Assembly: GCA_034667685.1 (NCBI GenBank)
Contig: JAXDQU010000099.1
Location: 1-10,539, forward strand
DNA from: Thermoplasmata archaeon
GTDB taxonomy: Archaea; Thermoplasmatota; SW-10-69-26; JACQPN01; JAJPHT01
Reading direction: 5' to 3'
Length of the DNA: 10,539 bases
The notes under the pieces are model-generated. The model was given only the letters and a program-made list of their open reading frames with translations. It ran no database searches and was not told where the DNA came from. The number at the start of each line of letters is the position of its first letter. Positions within the stretch are counted from its first letter, which is position 1. The position numbers were made by a program, and so were the translations under genes. Shown here piece after piece: positions 7,421 through 10,539 of the stretch.

Positions 7421-8632
7421 TCACTCGCGCACGACGCGATATCCTTTCTCGGCGAGCGCCTTCACGACCTCGGCGGCGTGCGCCTGGCCGCGCGTACCCA
7501 GCGTGAGCCGCACCTCGGCCTTGCCCAGCGCGACGTCGCCGCGCATGCGGTCGTGGTCGATGCTGTCCACGTTGGCGCCCGTCGCCGCCACCGCCGCGAG
7601 CAGGTCGCGCAGCGCGCCGGGCCGGTCGTCGAGCGTCGTGCGCAGGCGCACCATGCGGCCGGTCTGGAGGAGGCCGCGCTTGAGCACCTGGTCGACGAGC
7701 GTCACGTCGATGTTGCCGCCCGAGCAGACGACCGCCACCTTCTCGCCGGGCCGGACCTTGACCTTGCCCGAGAGGAGCGCCGCGAGCGCCGTGCCGCCCG
7801 CCCCTTCCACGAGCGTCTTGGCGCGCTCCAGGAGGTGCAGGATGGCCAGCGCGATGTCGTCGTCGTCGACCTTGACGTGCTCGTGGACGTGCTTGCGGAT
7901 GATGGGGAACGTCATCTCGCCGATGCGGCGCGTGGCGAGGCCGTCGGCGATCGTGTTGACGCCGGGCAGCGTCTGGATCGTGCCCTTGTCGAGCGAGTCG
8001 GGGAGCTTGGCCGCGCCCGCGGGCTCGACCGCGACGATGCGCACGTCGGGGCGCTTCGCCTTGATGGCGCTCGCGACGCCCGCGATGAGGCCGCCCCCGC
8101 CCACGGGCACGAGCACCGTCTCGACGCCCGGAAGGTCGTCCAGGATCTCCAGCCCGAGCGTGCCCTGCCCCGCGATGACGAGCGGGTCGTCGAAGGCGTG
8201 CACGAACGTCTGGCCGCGCTCGCGCCCGATCTCCTTCGCCTTGGCCTCGGCCTCGTTGTAGTCCTTGCCGAAGAGCACGAGGTCCGCGCCGTAGCCGCGC
8301 ACCGCCTCCGCCTTGGTCAGGCTCGCGCGCTCGGGCATCACGATGCTGGCGGGGACGCCCACGAGCCGGGCCGCGAGCGCGACGCCCTGCGCGTGGTTGC
8401 CGGCGCTGGCCGCGACGACGCCGCGCGCGCGGACCGCGGGGTCGAGGCTCGCGATCTTGTTGTACGCCCCGCGGATCTTGAACGAGCCCGTGCGCTGGAG
8501 GTTCTCCAGCTTCAGCCACACCTCGGCGCCCGTCATCTCGCTCAGCGTGGCGGAGGGCTCCAGGGGCGTGTGGTGCGAGACGCCCGCGAGGCGCTTGCGC
8601 GCGGCCTCGAAGTCGGCCAGGCTCGGCTCCAT
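7421..8632 (-). CDS. ilvA: Threonine ammonia-lyase (PLP-dependent) with a single C-terminal ACT domain
   Basis: KLENLQRTGSFKIRGA (PLP lysine), SAGNHAQG, GQGT, PVGGGGL, ADGL and SGGN. ACT-like LDDRPGAL...GANV C-terminus. Confidence 0.96.
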   Translation of the reverse strand: MEPSLADFEAARKRLAGVSHHTPLEPSATLSEMTGAEVWLKLENLQRTGSFKIRGAYNKIASLDPAVRARGVVAASAGNHAQGVALAARLVGVPASIVMPERASLTKAEAVRGYGADLVLFGKDYNEAEAKAKEIGRERGQTFVHAFDDPLVIAGQGTLGLEILDDLPGVETVLVPVGGGGLIAGVASAIKAKRPDVRIVAVEPAGAAKLPDSLDKGTIQTLPGVNTIADGLATRRIGEMTFPIIRKHVHEHVKVDDDDIALAILHLLERAKTLVEGAGGTALAALLSGKVKVRPGEKVAVVCSGGNIDVTLVDQVLKRGLLQTGRMVRLRTTLDDRPGALRDLLAAVAATGANVDSIDHDRMRGDVALGKAEVRLTLGTRGQAHAAEVVKALAEKGYRVVRE

Positions 8633-8639
8633 CGCGCGC

Positions 8640-9509
8640 TCAACGGGGGTGCCGCGGAAGAAGCCTTCGGGCGACGAGCGCCCCGAGCGCGACGGCCGCG
8701 ATCGCGAGCGGAGCCGGGGGCAGCGGGCTGACGCGCGCGATGGGCGCGGGGCCCTGGCCCGTCACCTCGATCTCGCCGAAGGCCATGCGCGCCTTCGGGT
8801 CGATCGTGAGGTTCGCGGTGCCGTTGCCCCAGCCGACCTCGACGTGGCCGCTGGGATCGACGCTCTCGTTGAACGTCCACGAGTAACGGAAGTCGCCCCG
8901 CTCGTCGGTGGGGATCGGCTCGCAGACGTTGTTGGCCGCGTCGCCCTGCGGCGGGCAGATGCGGTCGCCGTGCGCGTCGACCCACGTCAGGTGGAGGTAC
9001 GTGAGGTGCGGCTTCGCGTTGAGCGTCGCGCCGTTCTCCGAGTAGGCCGGCACGCGCTCCACGAGCCGGCCGCTGACGCTCACGCGCCCCTCCCAGATCG
9101 GCTGGAGGCGGTCGGTGCAGGGCGCCCCGTGCCACGTCGCGGGATAGACGAGCGTGAAGTCGGTGCGGCGGTAGAAGGGATCGAGGTCGTGCGTGGCGGT
9201 CGCCTTGCCGCCCGGCCCCTCCAGCGTCACGGTGATCGCGCCGCGCGGGTCCGCGTCGTGCAGGTTGAACGAGCCGATGAAGAACCCGTAGCAGTCGGTG
9301 CCGAACGTCGTGGGGCTCGCGATGACGTTGGGCGCGCTGAGCGTCGCGTTGATCGCGCCGTTGACGATCGGCTTCCCGTCCGCGTCGATCGCGCGCCCGT
9401 AGACGAGGTACGTCGACCCGAAGTCGCCCGTGATGGGCGCGATGAGGTTCTGCGCCGCCGCGACGGGGATGGCGAGCGCGAGGAGGACGAGGAACGGAAG
9501 GGCGCGCAC
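8640..9509 (-). CDS. Secreted or surface protein with two tandem beta-sandwich (carboxypeptidase-regulatory-like) repeats and a C-terminal membrane anchor
   Basis: Signal peptide (V/M)RALPFLVLLALAIPVAAA from GTG 9509. YGRAIDADGKPI and TD.xG.F motifs. C-terminal SPLPP, hydrophobic helix and RR tail. Ends 7 bp upstream of ilvA. Confidence 0.8.
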   Translation of the reverse strand: MRALPFLVLLALAIPVAAAQNLIAPITGDFGSTYLVYGRAIDADGKPIVNGAINATLSAPNVIASPTTFGTDCYGFFIGSFNLHDADPRGAITVTLEGPGGKATATHDLDPFYRRTDFTLVYPATWHGAPCTDRLQPIWEGRVSVSGRLVERVPAYSENGATLNAKPHLTYLHLTWVDAHGDRICPPQGDAANNVCEPIPTDERGDFRYSWTFNESVDPSGHVEVGWGNGTANLTIDPKARMAFGEIEVTGQGPAPIARVSPLPPAPLAIAAVALGALVARRLLPRHPR

Positions 9510-9537
9510 GGCAGCCCCCGACGCCGTGGCGAGGGTC

Positions 9538-9549
9538 ATCAAGGTTTTC
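9538..9549 (-). promoter_or_regulatory. BRE/TATA-like element for the surface protein (and possibly ilvA)
   Basis: Minus strand GAAAACCTTGAT, ~28 bp upstream of GTG 9509. Confidence 0.5.
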
Positions 9550-9554
9550 TTCCT

Positions 9555-9619
9555 GGGGCTCTGGGCTCAGGACTCCAGGCTCGGGACTCCGGAGCCCAGA
9601 GTCCTGAGTCCCGAGCCCC
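9555..9619. repeat. Palindromic heptamer micro-array
   Basis: GGGGCTC TGGGCTC AGGACTC CAGGCTC GGGACTC, then CG, then GAGCCCA GAGTCCT GAGTCCC GAGCCCC: five forward and four inverted heptamers. Confidence 0.88.
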
Positions 9620-9643
9620 GCGTTGCGGCGAGATCCGAAAGCC

Positions 9644-9654
9644 AAAGGTCTTGA
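9644..9654 (+). promoter_or_regulatory. BRE/TATA-like element for the 9685/9919 gene pair
   Basis: AAAGGTCTTGA, ~30 bp upstream of ATG 9685. Confidence 0.5.
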
Positions 9655-9684
9655 CCCCGGCGCGACTCCCCCAAGATCGGATGG

Positions 9685-9909
9685 ATGCACGTGAGCAGCG
9701 GCTTTCTCCTCCTTGAGACCCTGCCGGGGCGCGAAGCCCACGTCTTGGACGCCTTGGGCCGGATCCCGGCCATCACCCACCGGAGCATTCTCTACCCCAA
9801 CGCCATCGCGCTGAAGGTGGAGGCGCCCGACGTCGCCCGCGTGCAGGCGGACCTGAAGCGCATCGAGGGCGTCACCGCCGCGCGGCTCTACCGCGCGCGC
9901 AACACGTGA
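9685..9909 (+). CDS. Stand-alone Lrp/AsnC ligand-binding (RAM)-like domain protein
   Basis: GFLLLETLPGREAHVLDALGRIPAI...IALKVEA...LKRIEGV has the ferredoxin-like pattern of archaeal stand-alone RAM proteins. 74 aa with no HTH. Confidence 0.7.
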   Translation: MHVSSGFLLLETLPGREAHVLDALGRIPAITHRSILYPNAIALKVEAPDVARVQADLKRIEGVTAARLYRARNT

Positions 9910-9913
9910 GGTG
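9908..9913 (+). promoter_or_regulatory. Shine-Dalgarno site GAGGTG
   Basis: Overlaps the upstream stop codon and lies 5 nt before ATG 9919, suggesting an operon-internal gene. Confidence 0.7.
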
Positions 9914-9918
9914 CGAAG

Positions 9919-10488
9919 ATGCCCCGCGGCGTCACCGACCAGTTCCTCGGCCTCCTGAAGCGCGAGCGCCGCGCCCAGGTGCGCACGCTCGTCCTCATGC
10001 TCCTCGCCCTCGCGCCGGCCTACTTCATGGCCGAATTGACCGACCAGCCCCTCCTGGGCCTCGTGGTCTGGATGGGCGTCGCGGCCCTCGCGCTGGGCGG
10101 CGGCCTCGGACTGCTTTGGGCGCGCTGGGAGACCGGCCGCCACGAGACCTCCCTGCGCGCGGGCTGGAACGCCTGGATGCGCATGTCGCTCACCGCGGGC
10201 CGCCTCTCCGACGTCGAGCGCGCGGTGCGCCAGAAGGGCCCCGCGCTGCACGTCGAGGCCATCGGCTGGACCGCGCTCCTCGTCGCCAACGCGACGCTCT
10301 TCCTCGCGCTCTGGATGGACGCCGCCTGGGCGCTCGCCTTCGGCGCGGGCGTCACCGTCGCCAACGGCCTCGTGCTGGGCGCGCTCGCCGGCCGCGCGGC
10401 CTGGACGTACCGCTGGGTGCGCACGTTCTCCCACGCGCTCGACGGCCTGATCGCCGAAGGGCAGGTCGGGCTCTGGGGCGAGGTCTGA
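9919..10488 (+). CDS. Hypothetical membrane protein (about 4 TM)
   Basis: Two hydrophobic hairpins separated by a Trp/Arg-rich soluble segment. Good SD site and GC-rich third codon positions. No family recognised. Confidence 0.8.
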   Translation: MPRGVTDQFLGLLKRERRAQVRTLVLMLLALAPAYFMAELTDQPLLGLVVWMGVAALALGGGLGLLWARWETGRHETSLRAGWNAWMRMSLTAGRLSDVERAVRQKGPALHVEAIGWTALLVANATLFLALWMDAAWALAFGAGVTVANGLVLGALAGRAAWTYRWVRTFSHALDGLIAEGQVGLWGEV

Positions 10489-10495
10489 TCACTGG

Positions 10496-10539
10496 CGAAG
10501 GGAAGTGGGGGGCGCGGGGGGGGGGGGGGGGGGGGGGGG
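10496..10539. repeat. Start of a second copy of the GGGAAG-type element, followed by poly-G (likely artefact)
   Basis: 10496-10510 CGAAGGGAAGTGGGG matches the reverse complement of 62-76 at 14/15 positions. 24 G at 10516-10539. Confidence 0.55.

Noticed and set aside
6572-9693. Shared GGATGCAYGTG at the starts of the wHTH and RAM-like genes
   Set aside because: Only two instances, both overlapping start codons. Too weak to call a regulatory site, though it leaves the ATG versus GTG start ambiguous.
10516-10539. Poly-G as a biological G-quadruplex or phase-variable tract
   Set aside because: A pure G run at the extreme end of the sequence is characteristic of signal loss in two-colour Illumina chemistry and cannot be trusted without reads.

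Overview
GC-rich window that reads as archaeal, probably a Thermoplasmatota-type lineage. This is inferred from a DRG/Rbg GTPase, a double winged-HTH regulator, BRE/TATA-like boxes about 25-40 bp before most starts and a GAGGTG Shine-Dalgarno site. There are eleven plausible CDSs: a membrane-anchored S8 subtilase, a POT/PTR-type MFS peptide transporter with an extra C-terminal domain, two small membrane proteins, MscL, the DRG GTPase, the wHTH regulator, threonine ammonia-lyase, a secreted surface protein, a stand-alone Lrp/AsnC ligand-binding domain and a 4-TM membrane protein. The most unusual content is intergenic. Several larger spacers hold palindromic micro-arrays, in which short tandem repeats are followed by their reverse complement, with periods of 6, 7, about 8 and 9 bp. 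One is a nested 270-bp element with 53-bp perfect inverted arms flanked by a TTGCGG direct repeat. Its core recurs in opposite orientation about 1 kb away. No transposase, CRISPR array or RNA gene is visible. The terminal poly-G is probably a sequencing artefact.
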